From Balanoglossus misakiensis (Eukaryota; Animalia; Hemichordata): DNA of 64,000 bases. Below, in pieces: positions 40,024 to 51,741 of the stretch (position 1 is the first letter of the stretch; each line of letters opens with the position of its first letter). The translations under genes were made by a program, and so were the position numbers. The notes under the pieces are model-generated. The model ran no database searches. It was given only the letters and a program-made list of their open reading frames with translations, and was not told where the DNA came from. The DNA is taken from positions 10,524,844 to 10,588,843 of the forward strand of contig CM082588.2 of assembly GCA_040954595.2 (NCBI GenBank), given 5' to 3'.

Positions 40024-40674
40024 ATGGCGGCGCCCGTGTTGATCGATGCCGAGAAAGTTATAAAACGCAAATTGCGAGAGGCAAAATCTGTGCTTAAACG
40101 TAAAAAATGCGTGTCGGACAATCTGTATATACACCCACTCTTTGATGAACTTGAGGATGTGACAACAAGGGCCATATTTCGAAACGACAAGCTGTCAAAG
40201 GACAAGATTCGTTGGCGTGACGTCGCCGTATTTCCCATGTTTCAGCGTGATATGACCTACTGGCAGAAGACCTTCTACGCTCGGCTGTCAACATCCCCGT
40301 CGTTAAGGTCACCATGGCAAAGCAGCTTTACACGACAAATGCCGAGGGAAGTATTTGATGTTTTTCATCAGTTTGCTACTCGGACCGGTTTTGGTATCGA
40401 CGAGAAGACCTCCAGGGCTATCATAACCTTGACCTTCACAAGTTCCTTGAAGCTATTGTATGTGATACGGAAAGGTTATTGCTACGAGGGCGCTATCGGT
40501 CAGCATACAGAGAATATCCTAGAGAAGAAAGTCCGTGGAAAGAGGGTAGCTGTTATATTCACACCTGAGAAGCCCTGTGTTGTGAAATATTTTATCAACA
40601 GGGAGACTGTTGCTGTTAGATTCAGCTTTGGTGCCTGGAACAAACATGGAATTCCATTACATCCAGAGAACTGA
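40024..40674 (+). CDS. Intact 216-aa accessory ORF of unknown function inside the transposon
   Basis: Strong Kozak context aagATGG 84 bp from the element end; uninterrupted ORF; basic N-terminus KRKLREAKSVLKRKK; AATAAA at ~40803. No domain recognised. Confidence 0.72.
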   Translation: MAAPVLIDAEKVIKRKLREAKSVLKRKKCVSDNLYIHPLFDELEDVTTRAIFRNDKLSKDKIRWRDVAVFPMFQRDMTYWQKTFYARLSTSPSLRSPWQSSFTRQMPREVFDVFHQFATRTGFGIDEKTSRAIITLTFTSSLKLLYVIRKGYCYEGAIGQHTENILEKKVRGKRVAVIFTPEKPCVVKYFINRETVAVRFSFGAWNKHGIPLHPEN

Positions 40675-41526
40675 ACCCTATTGATTTTTCACACTGATTC
40701 AACCCATCTGAGGAACATTTTTTTCCTGATCTGTGGCACATGTTGTTCAGTGTAGATGTATCAGTCTGTCAAGACAGTCCTCTCACAATTGACATATATT
40801 CAAATAAAAAAAGGAAAATTAGAAGACTCAAAAATTCATCACTTGTCTTTATTTATCTACATTCAATACAAATGAACAGATAATGTTTACAAAATTTCCT
40901 AAACTGTAAAATTCTTTTTTTCCATCATTATTGTAACATAGATTTTTCATTAGTTTCAGAAAAAAATGTATGTTACCTACAATCAACATTGATAAGTCAA
41001 TCAAAACTGCTCATCTAACAGTTAACCAGGATTTCTGGTCTAAATTTAATTAATATTTACAATTAATTCCATGACAAAATTTATAAATATCAAGAATTTG
41101 ATGAGACTTAATTCTTTATTTTTTCACAAATTCATTAAAATTTCGTGCAGGTGCAGAATAAACAACTCCTCAAGAAAAATGTAAAACTTTTCTATCAAGC
41201 TTATGTATGTCATACATTTTAATTTTGCAAAGCACTGCAATCACTATACGATTAAGGGTTTATTCACAATACTTAATAGTGGTAAGATAAGTTTCAATTT
41301 CCCTGTCCCCATACATGCACACATATACAAAATCCCATAAGAAACATATCATCTCCAGTTCAAAAAGTGTGAATTCATGTGATTTGTGATCTCCATTTTT
41401 ATTAAATGCAGCTCTCAACTACAGATGAGTCTTTATAATTCTGTAATGTAATTAATACTATAGTTATCCTTTAATTCTAAAGTAGCACACAGTGACACAA
41501 TCCACTGTTTCAAATTCAATCATTGT

Positions 41527-44500
41527 TCACAGCATAAGTTTCTTGAGTTTATTTGATATTTTACCAGTGACAGCTGCTTTTTTTATGTCATCCATAATTG
41601 GGTCAACACATATTTCACAGGCAGTCATTGTTTCATTTTTTTAAATTGCCACACATACAGTAGCCTGCATTCTCATAATATCGACTGGGAATGTATTTTT
41701 CTTTTTCTTTAAGCTCAAATTGACCTACATTTGCATTTCTATAGTTGTCAGCTTTTGGACTTTTGTTCCTCAGCCAAAAAAGCATCACATATTCGTGTCG
41801 AAATATGAGGGCCCACCTATTTTGAGGTGTAGAATTTTCACTGAATTCTAGCAGGCGTAGATGCTTTGCCTCTCTGCCTTCCATTGTGTTTAGGCCTAAT
41901 CCCAGACTGAATTGCTTATAGATACTAGTGGTGTGTTTTGGGACTACATAACCAATGTGCCACACAGTATTATTGACATTCAGAAACAGGGAATGTAGAT
42001 TAAAGTACCACCGACACTTATGCCTAAGTACAAGCAAATCTCCCTCATTTATGTTGAATCGTGAGAATAACAAAGTGATATCTCTAAGCAAGATACCAGT
42101 ATATGTGTAGAGAGCTAATTGAGCCCGACGCTTTGGTCTGTCTGTATCGCTTCTCAATGCTAATACCAATCCTATGAAATGCCAAGCAAGTTTGCGAGAC
42201 TCCTCACCAGTGAAGCGATAAACCACATTAATGTTGGCATTTGACTTGACACTATTTTCATTGAAGTATTTTACAATCTTATTATACAACTTTCCAGCTT
42301 TTACTTGATATTTTAGGGCAGACAGGAATTTGTACAGATATGACTCGTTAGGTAGATTCTCAATTTTAACTCCATTTTCACGACCCTTTTCCGAAGTGTG
42401 GGCAACTGCGTCAATCAGTAATCGTTGGAAGTAGTATTGCCATGCATTGTTCTTTAAATGCAATGGCTCAGCCTTGGCACAATCAATAAATCTACCCAAC
42501 GGTGGTACAAATTCCTGTCTTGACCTCAGACTGGCTATAAATTGTGTGATTTTGGGTCGCACTGTTTTGGGCTTTCCAGTTTTAATTTTCTTAGTTGACT
42601 TCAACTTTTCAACAGCTTCTGCATCTTTAATTCTTTTCTGATATTTCCATTCATCCCACTTCTGACCTGGGCCAATTTCTGCTCCAATACAATCAATATC
42701 ATTTTTGGAACGTTAGCAAATGAGCTGAAATACTTTGCTGCATTGCTTAGTTCTCCAGACACACTGGCCAATCCCTTCTGATCAAAGGGTAAAAGTGACA
42801 CCTGAAAAGTTACATCAAGACTGCCAACTTTATATTTACGTTTCTCAATACACTCAAGGTCTTTTGACAATGCAATTGCAAATTCAATCATTATGGGGTC
42901 ATCCTCTTTTATGTTTGCCCCTAATAGGAGAAAATTGTGGTCTGGGCTAGCAACACGGTGGGTCACATTCAAGAAACTAACTAGCCATGCAGTGGCCTGT
43001 CCATGTTTGCCAAACGGAGCCCCGTCAGCACCTATACTGATTTGAAATGAGCCCTCCTGTTTACCGAACCAGTTAAGAATATCAGGCTGTGTTTCCCCCA
43101 TATTTAACACTTTCGCTGCGGGAGGGCATTTTCTGCGCCGGCAGTCAGAATGCGGGAGGCGCATAAATGCGCCAAGATCGCGTCCGTTACTTGGTCTGTT
43201 CTATTTTATGTTCGTTGCTTATTTACTCATTTTGTATGACTATATATAGGACAGGTGTCAACCCTAATTGAGCATGCGCATATGTATTGTAAACAATCAA
43301 GTCGATTTTGTCATCAAAGGGTTTCCTTATACAGCTGATTTTAGGTCGCCCCGATCATATTTTTTCATTCACTTGGTATTTAAAAATGGCGACATGGGCA
43401 AAGTTTGATGCCGACAAAGTTCTTGAACAAGTCTTTCAGGATAGTGACAGCGATCATAGCGATAGCGGAAGCCAAATTACGGACAACAACATCATAGAAC
43501 CAGAAATAGAAGCCAGACACGGAGACAACAGAGTAGAGACAGAGAGAGAGGGAGGGTTTTTGTCATGTTCTCGGACGTCGTAACGTTGATGGTGACACGC
43601 GGTGGGTTTTGTATGACGTAAATGACAATTACACACCGGACTGGTTGTCTGTATACGATCGTCGCTAAGGTTTATTAGTTGACACTGATGACTTTGCACC
43701 GGTTGACTTTTTTCAGCTGTTCTTTCCTGGTGATGTGTTTGAGTTGATGTCATTGTCAGAGCAAACTGATATGTACACCACACAATTTTTTGACAACCCT
43801 GCAATTGATGAGTTGCCCTTCCGGTCAAGATTTCGCTAGATGCCTACTTCACTGAATTAAATGAAGGCGTAGGTTTCTTTGCAAATCTTGATGGGACTTT
43901 GCCAGAAGTCTATGTTGTCAGAGTATTATATCCATTTGAAATGAATTGCCAAAACAGTACTATGCTAATGAATTTTTTTTAAATGTGTGTATATTCATAT
44001 TTACCAACCTTGATTTCTTCAACTTGCAATTCATTAAAACGTAGAGTATTTAATAAATTACTTAATTAATTTATTTTATTATTATTATTTATTTACAAGT
44101 TCAATCATTCACCTTTTCACTAATAATCTATATTTCTTTCTCAGATTTTAAACATGTATACATGTAAATGGTGGGCATGATTTGATAATTGTTTTTATGG
44201 TCCATTAATAAATTTGATCAAATTTCTTGCTCAAAAGTCACTTGTTATTCCCTTTTATACAGGGGGAAGTTGTTTTTGACTATGTTTGTCTGTCAGCTGT
44301 GATACAATGAATTAAATACAGTATTTCAGTCACTTATATTACAATATCTGTTGTTTTTACCATATTTCGACAGAAATCCATTATGGCTGCCAGTGTCACA
44401 TGACCAATTAATGGTCATGTGACCATTTTTCAGTTTTATTATGTTGGTTGTCTTATAAAATATACTTGCTGGAAATATCATTGCATATACTTTCATATTA

Positions 44501-46066
44501 CAAGAGATAGAGAGGGTAAAGTAAAACATTGTTTATTAGTTAAATTTACCATAGGAAACTACGCACAGGAATACATTAGCATATATTAACTACGCAGTGA
44601 AAGTGTTAAATATAAACTGGCAATCTTAATAAGCAACTCCTCAGGGTTTCTTTTTAAGCCGACTTGTTTGCCTTCAGATGATATAATTGGCTCAAGATTT
44701 CCAATGTCAAGGTTACTTACATACTGTACAACTTTTGTGTATGGGAGCAGTCTTGGTATTCTACAGCCAGAATGAATTTCTAATGCTTTCCTAGGATGTT
44801 TCAAGTTGGAGAACATCTGAAGTTCACTCTGCCTCAGACAGTTATATTTTCGTTTGGATAGTACTCCGCCCTCATACATAGTTCTGACACTCCTCACCAA
44901 ATTGTTCTCACTTTTCTCAAATTTACTGATGTATTTATCAAATACTGATGGCATTACTTTTTTACTGATTTGGGGAGAGGTTCTGAAGAATGTTTTCATT
45001 TGGTCAGGAGTGGCAGAATTAACAAGAGTATACCACAAACCATCAAGTGCTGCTTTTGGTGGATGTAGTACATTCGGTTTATTTATACCTTTGGCTGGGC
45101 TTACATCTGTAGTTGCTACATGAATATTTATGGCTGCTGATAAGGTTTCACACCTACGTTCATACTGTTGACGTCGCGACAGCTTCAAAGATTCACTATT
45201 ATCTGCACATACTTCAGTGTTCTTGTGGACCCATTTAGAGCGTTTCACATTAACAACATCAACAGGAATCTGAAAGATTAAGTGTGTGATAAATATATAC
45301 TAATTAGAATATAATCATTATATATAAAATAAAATCTTCTTACAAGTTAATCATTAATTTAAATGTCCTTGATAAGAAATACACACGTGTAGCCTGTATT
45401 TTTCTGACAACTTCTGCAATAAAAATCCTAAAAAATATACATAGTTTGTTGGAAAACCTAGATGTTTTGCATCAAAGCTGAACCCATTTTGTTATCATTG
45501 TTTACACAGGATCATGTGACATGAAGTTCAAAAAGCGAATTTGGGCTAAAATTTGAAGAGGATTTATACAAATCTGAGATTTTTAAAATTATGACTAAGT
45601 CTATTTATCTGATCTAGCTTACCTTTCTCTTATTATTCTTTGTAGCTAAGATCTCACAAATCTTACTGTTCTTCTTCTCTAGTCTAGCTAGCTGGGTTGA
45701 GGATCTTTTTACTAGTCTCCTAGCTGCACTCAACTTATTCAACTTATCCTGAATTATGCTTTCTTCCTCATCTCTCTTTCTCTTTCTCTGTCTACACCAC
45801 TCTCCTAAGTTAAACCTGTGTTTAGTCTGTCCTCTCTTTGTTCTAACTACCAATAGGTTGTTGGCCACGCTCCCAGACAAAGATCTAGTCTTCAATTTCT
45901 CCTGATATAGTTGTTGTAAACACTTCTCTTCAGCTACCTGTCTCGCTATCTTTTGGTCCTTTGCCCACTGGCCTATGTTGAAGTAACTTTTCCCTTTTCT
46001 ATTCGGCATAACAATAGACAAACTTTTAAGAAGTGCGCTACTCCTGTTGAATAGTTTGCCCCACAT
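41527..46066 (-). pseudogene. RAG1/Transib-like DDE transposase (one intron, piggyBac insertion, two 1-nt frameshifts)
   Basis: Exon ~46066-45623, phase-0 GT-AG intron 45622-45270, exon 45269 onward. The frame rejoins across the piggyBac as SLYLNMGETQ. Motifs SIGADGAPFG (D), PFDQK (D), EPLHLKNN, FTGEESRKL, GLGLNTMEGREAKH (E). Frameshifts at ~42705 and ~41636; stop at 41527-41529. Start codon uncertain. Confidence 0.78.
43108..44605 (+). mobile_element. Internally deleted piggyBac-like element
   Basis: TTAA TSD at 43104-43107 and 44606-44609; TIR CACTTTCGCTGCG / CGCAGTGAAAGTG. Decayed N-terminal transposase (acidic QDSDSDHSDS; PVDFFQLFFPGDVFELM; LQILMGL) at ~43386-43920. Confidence 0.85.
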
Positions 46067-46918
46067 GGCTCTAAATCTATACCTGAAAAGGGTGAACAAG
46101 AGAAATATCTTTACAATAATTATCTATCCGAGGGAAGCAAAAACAAAACACCTGCTCATTATACTTCCTCCAGAAATTGAGGTCAAAGGTGACATAGAAA
46201 GAATGTGGGTAACCTTACCATAACAATCTCGCCCATTCATTTTTTTCTTATTTCGTTTTCACCCTCGAATTTCCAGCGAATTATATCAAGAATATATTTT
46301 AGCACAAACTATTGGTTTCTGATTTTTCAGTTACGGTCTTATTTTCTGTCAATTCTATGAACAATATCACCATGTCGCCGAAAATTCGAAGCGCCGCCAT
46401 TACAATCAATGTAACCCGTGCTGCTGCCAAGGAACACACAGGGTCGTATATTTTCGCTTGGTATGATTTCGTCATATTGCTTGTAGCAGCATTTTAAACA
46501 TGGAATCCTATGTTTACGTATAAAAGACTAAATTCGTATGGTTTTCAAATTGAAAAAAACAATTCTGTGAAGCTGAATCGTTGTAATTTTTAGTGTTTGT
46601 TTATGGTTGCTTAGGACGGCTTCTGCTATAGCAACGGCCAGGGACTGTCAGCGGGTGATCAAAATGTTCAAGTTATTTGGCTGATACACATAAATAACAC
46701 AGCAGAATCGCAACTTTATTTCATATTGTCTCTGACATCTTGCTAATTTTACTAAACAAAACTTGGAATAAAGCAATATTACTCACCGAATTATGCTGTG
46801 CATCGACAGCTGTGTTCGATCGCGAACGCCATTACTGTGTCTAATTAAATATTCATGAGCTTCATAGGCTGCCACGGAAATACTGCCCATAGGTGGCGTC
46901 GTTCAAGCTGTAGTGACA

Positions 46919-48915
46919 GGTGGTGGTTCCCAGAGTGTATCGTAACCAGGTGATGAGACTAGCCCATGAATCAGTGCTGGGTGGTCACCACGGAACTCAC
47001 AAGACCACAGACAAGATCGTTTGGCCTGGGCTAACATCAGATGTTTCCCGTTACTGTCAGTCCTGTGATTCATGTCAACGGACACAACCAAAGGGACGGG
47101 TGACCAAGGTACCACTTGGAAGTATGCCACTAATAGATATCCCTTTCCTACGTATTGCAGTAGACCTGGTTGGCCCTATTCATCCATGCACTGAACGCAA
47201 GAATAGGTACATACTTACTGTTGTTGATTATGCAACACGCTATCCGGAGGCTGTTGCATTGACTAACATTGATACCAAGACTGTTGCAGAGGCGCTCCTG
47301 GACATCTACTCAAGAGTGGGGTGTCCACGTGAAATTCTGACAGATCAAGGAACTCAATTTACATCAGATGTGATGCGTGAGGTCAGCCGGCTTTTGTCTA
47401 TAAAGCAGATGACTACCACCCCATACCACCCAGCATTCAATGGTCTAGTGGAACGGTTCAATGGTACATTGAAACTCATGCTCAGGAAGATGTGTGAGGA
47501 ACGTCCAACATATTGGGATCGTTATCTGAATGCTTTACTATTTGCCTACAGAGAAACGCCTCAATCGAGCACAGGATTCTCTCCGTTTGAGTTACTTTAT
47601 GGGAGGAGTGTGCGTGGTCCAATGGCTATCTTGAAAGAACTATGGACTGGAGAGATCAGTGAACCAGAAACCAAAACGACTTATCAATACATCCTTGATC
47701 TTCAAAAGAAATTAAAGAAGGCATGCGATTTAGCAAGACAAGAACTGAAGATATCACAAGGCAAATACAAGTCCTACTACAATAGAAAGGCCAAATGGAG
47801 GAAGTTCAACAAAGGTGACGAGGTGTTATTGCTACTACCTACTGACCATAATAAACTACTTATGCACTGGAAGGGTCCTTTTCCAGTGGTGGAGAAAGCG
47901 AGCAATATGGATTACAAGATTGACTTTGGTCATAGGGTGAAAACATTCCATGCCAACCTGTTGAAGAGGTACTATCGAAGAACTGATCAGCTAGATGAAG
48001 TATCAGCTGGACTTCTTGAGATTGTGTGTGTATCTGTGATAGATGAGCAGAGTTATGAATCTTCAGAAGTACAAGAGAACACAGGGGTTAAAGTAAACGA
48101 TGACTTACTGCGGGTTCCTGCATTCAAGCAGAAAGAATTTGCTGCAGATGTGAATGTATGTGACAACTTGTCAGACATACAGAAGCAAGTGGTGAGGAGG
48201 TTGCTGATCAATTACAAAGATATGTTAACTGATATTCGTGGTAACACCAACCTGGGTTTCCATGACATCAAGTTGATGGATCCAACACCAGTATGCAGTA
48301 GGCCATACCCCATCCCTCATGCACTCCGTGAAGCAGTGAAAGATGAAGTCAAAACGATGATTAAGATGGGAGTAGCTGAACCTTCAGAGAGTCCATATGC
48401 TGTTCCACTGGTAATGGTGAAGAAATCTGATGGGTCCAATCGTTGTTGTGTTGACATGAGAAAGCTCAATCGCATAACAGTGTTTGATGCAGAGCCTACA
48501 CCAGACCTGAGTGAGCTTTTTGCTTTTTGCTAAGTTATCCAAGGATCACTATTTCACTAAAGTAGATCTCAGCAAAGAATATTGGCAAGTCCCGTTGACT
48601 GATAATTCTAAACAATTGACGGCATTTATCACGCATGATGGGCTATACCAATTTATCAAAATGCCTTTCGGACTTGTAAATAGTGCTGCGACTTTTAGCA
48701 GAATTATGAGAAGATTGTTAAGAGATATGAAGAACGTAGACAACTATATCGATCACATACTGATCCACACTGCATCATGGGAAGAACATATCAAGACAAT
48801 TACAGATTTGATGAGCAGACTACGAAAGGCAAAGTTAACAGCGAGACCAACTAAGTGTTATGTGGGTTATGAGCAGATCGATTTCCTGGGTCATGTGGTT
48901 GGTCATGGTGAACTA
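46919..48915 (+). pseudogene. Gmr1-like pol: integrase followed by truncated RT
   Basis: HES..GHHG..CDSC zinc motif, AVDLVGP, TDQGTQF, NGLVERFNG, WKGPF, then RCCVDMRKLN, MPFGLVN, YIDH (catalytic YxDD mutated). A 7-bp duplication causes a frameshift at ~48516-48530; RNase H absent. Confidence 0.92.
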
Positions 48916-50813
48916 GTCCTGTTTCAAAATGACCTACATTACAGGTCCTATGCACACGTATTACATGTTCTGATTGGTTTATCCACTTCTCTAAGGTCCA
49001 CTTGCGGCTCGCTGATTGGAGGGACCTTATGTGTTAGGTCATATTACTATGTATTATTCACCAGACCTTGTAGGTTAGGTCTTATTACAATGCATTATTC
49101 ACTTTACAGCTCCCTGATTGGTTAATGTGTAGGTCTGGTCCTCCAGTGTTCACTGCCTCATTATGCAGGACCTTGTAGGTTAGGTCTTATTAATATGTAT
49201 TTATTCACCATACAGCTCCCTGATTGGTTAACGTGTCAGTCTGGTCCCCCCAGTGTTCACTGCCTCATTGTGAAATGTCCCATGTGCTTCCTGGCTAGCG
49301 TTGTGGTAACATATTATTCGGGGTGTCCGCAGATCGTTCATTGATTTTCTGAGAAATAGCCTAACTGATACTATCTCCAACATAAACCGCACCCTGGAAA
49401 GATTAAATGATCTTTTAGGTGGACTTTGAAAATCTGATTAACTCATCTAAGCATTTTAGCTAAGTTGTATATTTTTTAATTATAATCATACAAAATACTT
49501 AAAAAATAAAAACAATGTTCAGTTTTAATACCCACTGATGAGGGGAAACATCAGTTTCAAATTCTTTTCATGGGAGCGCTTGAGCAGAGTTATGAGTTTT
49601 GCTCTGTGAAAGAAAATGGGGGGATTTCAAAATTTTGGCAGTTCGGAAGGGGGATTTCAAAATATTTCGGGTTGTGAAAGGGGGGGGGGGCATGTGAAAA
49701 TTAGCGGTAAAAGATGAATTCCCCCCCCCCCCCCCTCCAGAGGTGTTTGTGAATGCAGCCTAAGAAAGAAAAAATGTGAAATGGGTCAAATATGGGCCGG
49801 ACGTGCCCATTCAACTCAATTTACTTTTGTTTGCTTTAAGTAGGAATTGATCACAGCTATATTTATTTTGGACACCTGAGCGACAAGAAAACAATCTGAT
49901 TCTACATTTTAAAAAGCGTCATTGGAAAAGCACTGCAATTTTGTTTCTTGCTTTAAAAAAGTTTGGGGTGGCATGTAATAATTAAGGTGTGTCTAAATTA
50001 CTAATTTGGTGCACCTCAAAGCCCTTAGCCAATGTAAATTATATCCTGCATTGTATTCATGAAGGATATCCTCCCGCGAGGTCAATGCCATTCAATGTCA
50101 AACAGTCTCAACAAAGACCATTGGACACTCATAGCCGTTTTGTATGAAAGTGACTGGAGTACGAGATGAGTTTCATGACAACAACAAATCATGCTCAGTC
50201 TCGCTGCAGGGTCTATAATTTCAATAACGGCTAGACGCTGGACACTATCTTAGGTAACACTTACCTAAGATAGTGCTGGAACGACATGTTTAAACAGGTC
50301 GTTCCGGCACTCTGACCCTTTCGGCCCCAGTCGTTTCAGCCCCCATTTTCCACGACCCAAGTCGTTACAGCCCGGACAGTAACACCCCAGACATTTCAAC
50401 ACTTATCAGGGAAGACCTTAGCCCAACTATTAAAACTTGGCTTGAACCTACTTAAGTTCTCCGCATGAAATATGAGCGAGCGTTGTCAGAGGACGACAGC
50501 TACGCACACTTTGGGCATGACCGAATCAAACAGAATTGAATATTCTATATTCGGAAAAAACACCTTATCTCCGTTTTGCCGTTGACAAACCGATTTCTGT
50601 CATGACAGTTACTCCCGGGGACTGTGACAGACCATATACAGACAGTAGAGGCCGCGCGCTGGGGGTCTACACAAGTCACTACAGCTGATGTAAGCAAGTA
50701 CAACATGCTTTGCTTGCAGGAATGTTCCATTTTCAATAGAGGGGTGTGTATATTCAGAGGGAATGTCAGTCGGGGCCCTGGCTGGCAACATGCGGCGTAT
50801 ATATTGACAATCT

Positions 50814-51741
50814 TAGCCGGGAGACCAGGGCGTCGATCTAAAATACAACGCTCGGGGACAGTCGAGCAAGTCCTGCTGAGCTGAAAGATAGTAGTCTTGG
50901 CAACGATCGAGGTCGCTTAGTAACAAATGGATAACGAGTGATCTATCAAATGTTGACGGGCGCCAGTGGTTGGATGATATAATTAAAGGCACGTAAGCTG
51001 TAACTGGATAAAAAATTAAAGTTTTAAATAATCTCATATATGCTTTTAATTATGTCTATTAAATGCTATTTCATGATAATATATCAAGCTCAACACTTAT
51101 TTATGACAAAATGGCCAAAAATTAAAGAAAAACGAAAATTCCTGCAATTTTAAAAAAAGCGCAATATTGCAATGAAAAATGAAAATCTGATGTCTCAGTG
51201 GTGTACATTTACTTCCATGAGCTCAAGTGGATGAGATCATGTTTTGTTTATGAAGTTTCACAACCGGAAATGCAACATTTTCATTGTTTCTTGCATTTTC
51301 CCACGGTGGCGGCCATAATCGCTTGCGACAAAGCTTTATTATTTATCTGGTTAAAACTTGCATATGCACTCATACTTAGGGTTTATAATGCTTGTGTATT
51401 GTTCACTACCTCCATCTGCATGGACTAATGGTAGTGCAGTTTGAAACAAAAATTATGAAAATTATCCCAAAAGTTACACCTTACGTGCCTTTAACAAAGC
51501 TTGGTTATGAATATTCATACACTTTCAAAACCACTCCCACATCCCATCGCGGGAATTTCACACATGACTCCACCTCTATTTCCTTATTTAGAAGGCGACG
51601 ATGTCATGTGGTTAACATTGAGTGACCAATTAGCTTACACGCAAGATTTACCACACGTGTCGTTCTACGAACAGAATTCTGTTCGTAAATAGAGACTGTC
51701 CCCGGGCGTTTCTTTTCCCCGACGCCCTGGTCTCCAGGCTA
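50814..51741. mobile_element. Non-autonomous Academ (AcademH-type) element
   Basis: 22-bp TIR TAGCCGGGAGACCAGGGCGTCG / CGACGCCCTGGTCTCCAGGCTA; 9-bp TSD TGACAATCT (50805-50813, 51742-51750). Confidence 0.82.
50987..51490. mobile_element. Kolobok-type MITE nested in the Academ element
   Basis: TTAA|AGGCACGTAAGCTGTAACT ... AGTTACACCTTACGTGCCT|TTAA. Confidence 0.88.

Larger units (their letters stand above)
39940..46915 (-). mobile_element. RAG1/Transib/Chapaev-related DNA transposon with bipartite CAC termini and a 3-bp TSD
   Basis: TSD ACA (39937-39939, 46916-46918); removing the element restores the Gypsy frame EKLLQVVVP. Ends CACTGCG / CACTACA, each followed after 19 bp by TGGGCAGTATT(T)CCG. 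Two convergent genes. Confidence 0.88.
36532..48915 (+). mobile_element. Gmr1-like Gypsy LTR retrotransposon (PR-IN-RT order), interrupted and 3'-truncated
   Basis: 5' LTR, tRNA-Pro PBS, gag, protease LRDSG, integrase upstream of RT. Split at 39940-46915; sequence ends within RT; no 3' LTR in the window. Confidence 0.9.

Noticed and set aside
40024-40674. RAG2-like gene
   Set aside because: Too short, with no kelch repeats or PHD cysteine pattern; only its position resembles RAG2.
39940-46915. Canonical CACTA/EnSpm element (CACTR ends, 3-bp TSD)
   Set aside because: The termini fit, but there is no continuous TIR and I see no Transposase_21-type motifs; the motifs follow the RAG1/Transib/Chapaev pattern instead. 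Not fully excluded without an HMM search.
48916-50540. Fragments with a ~106-bp tandem duplication, G/C runs and small hairpins (e.g. ~50243-50275)
   Set aside because: Probably pieces of further TEs, but no paired termini or TSD could be established, so no call is made.
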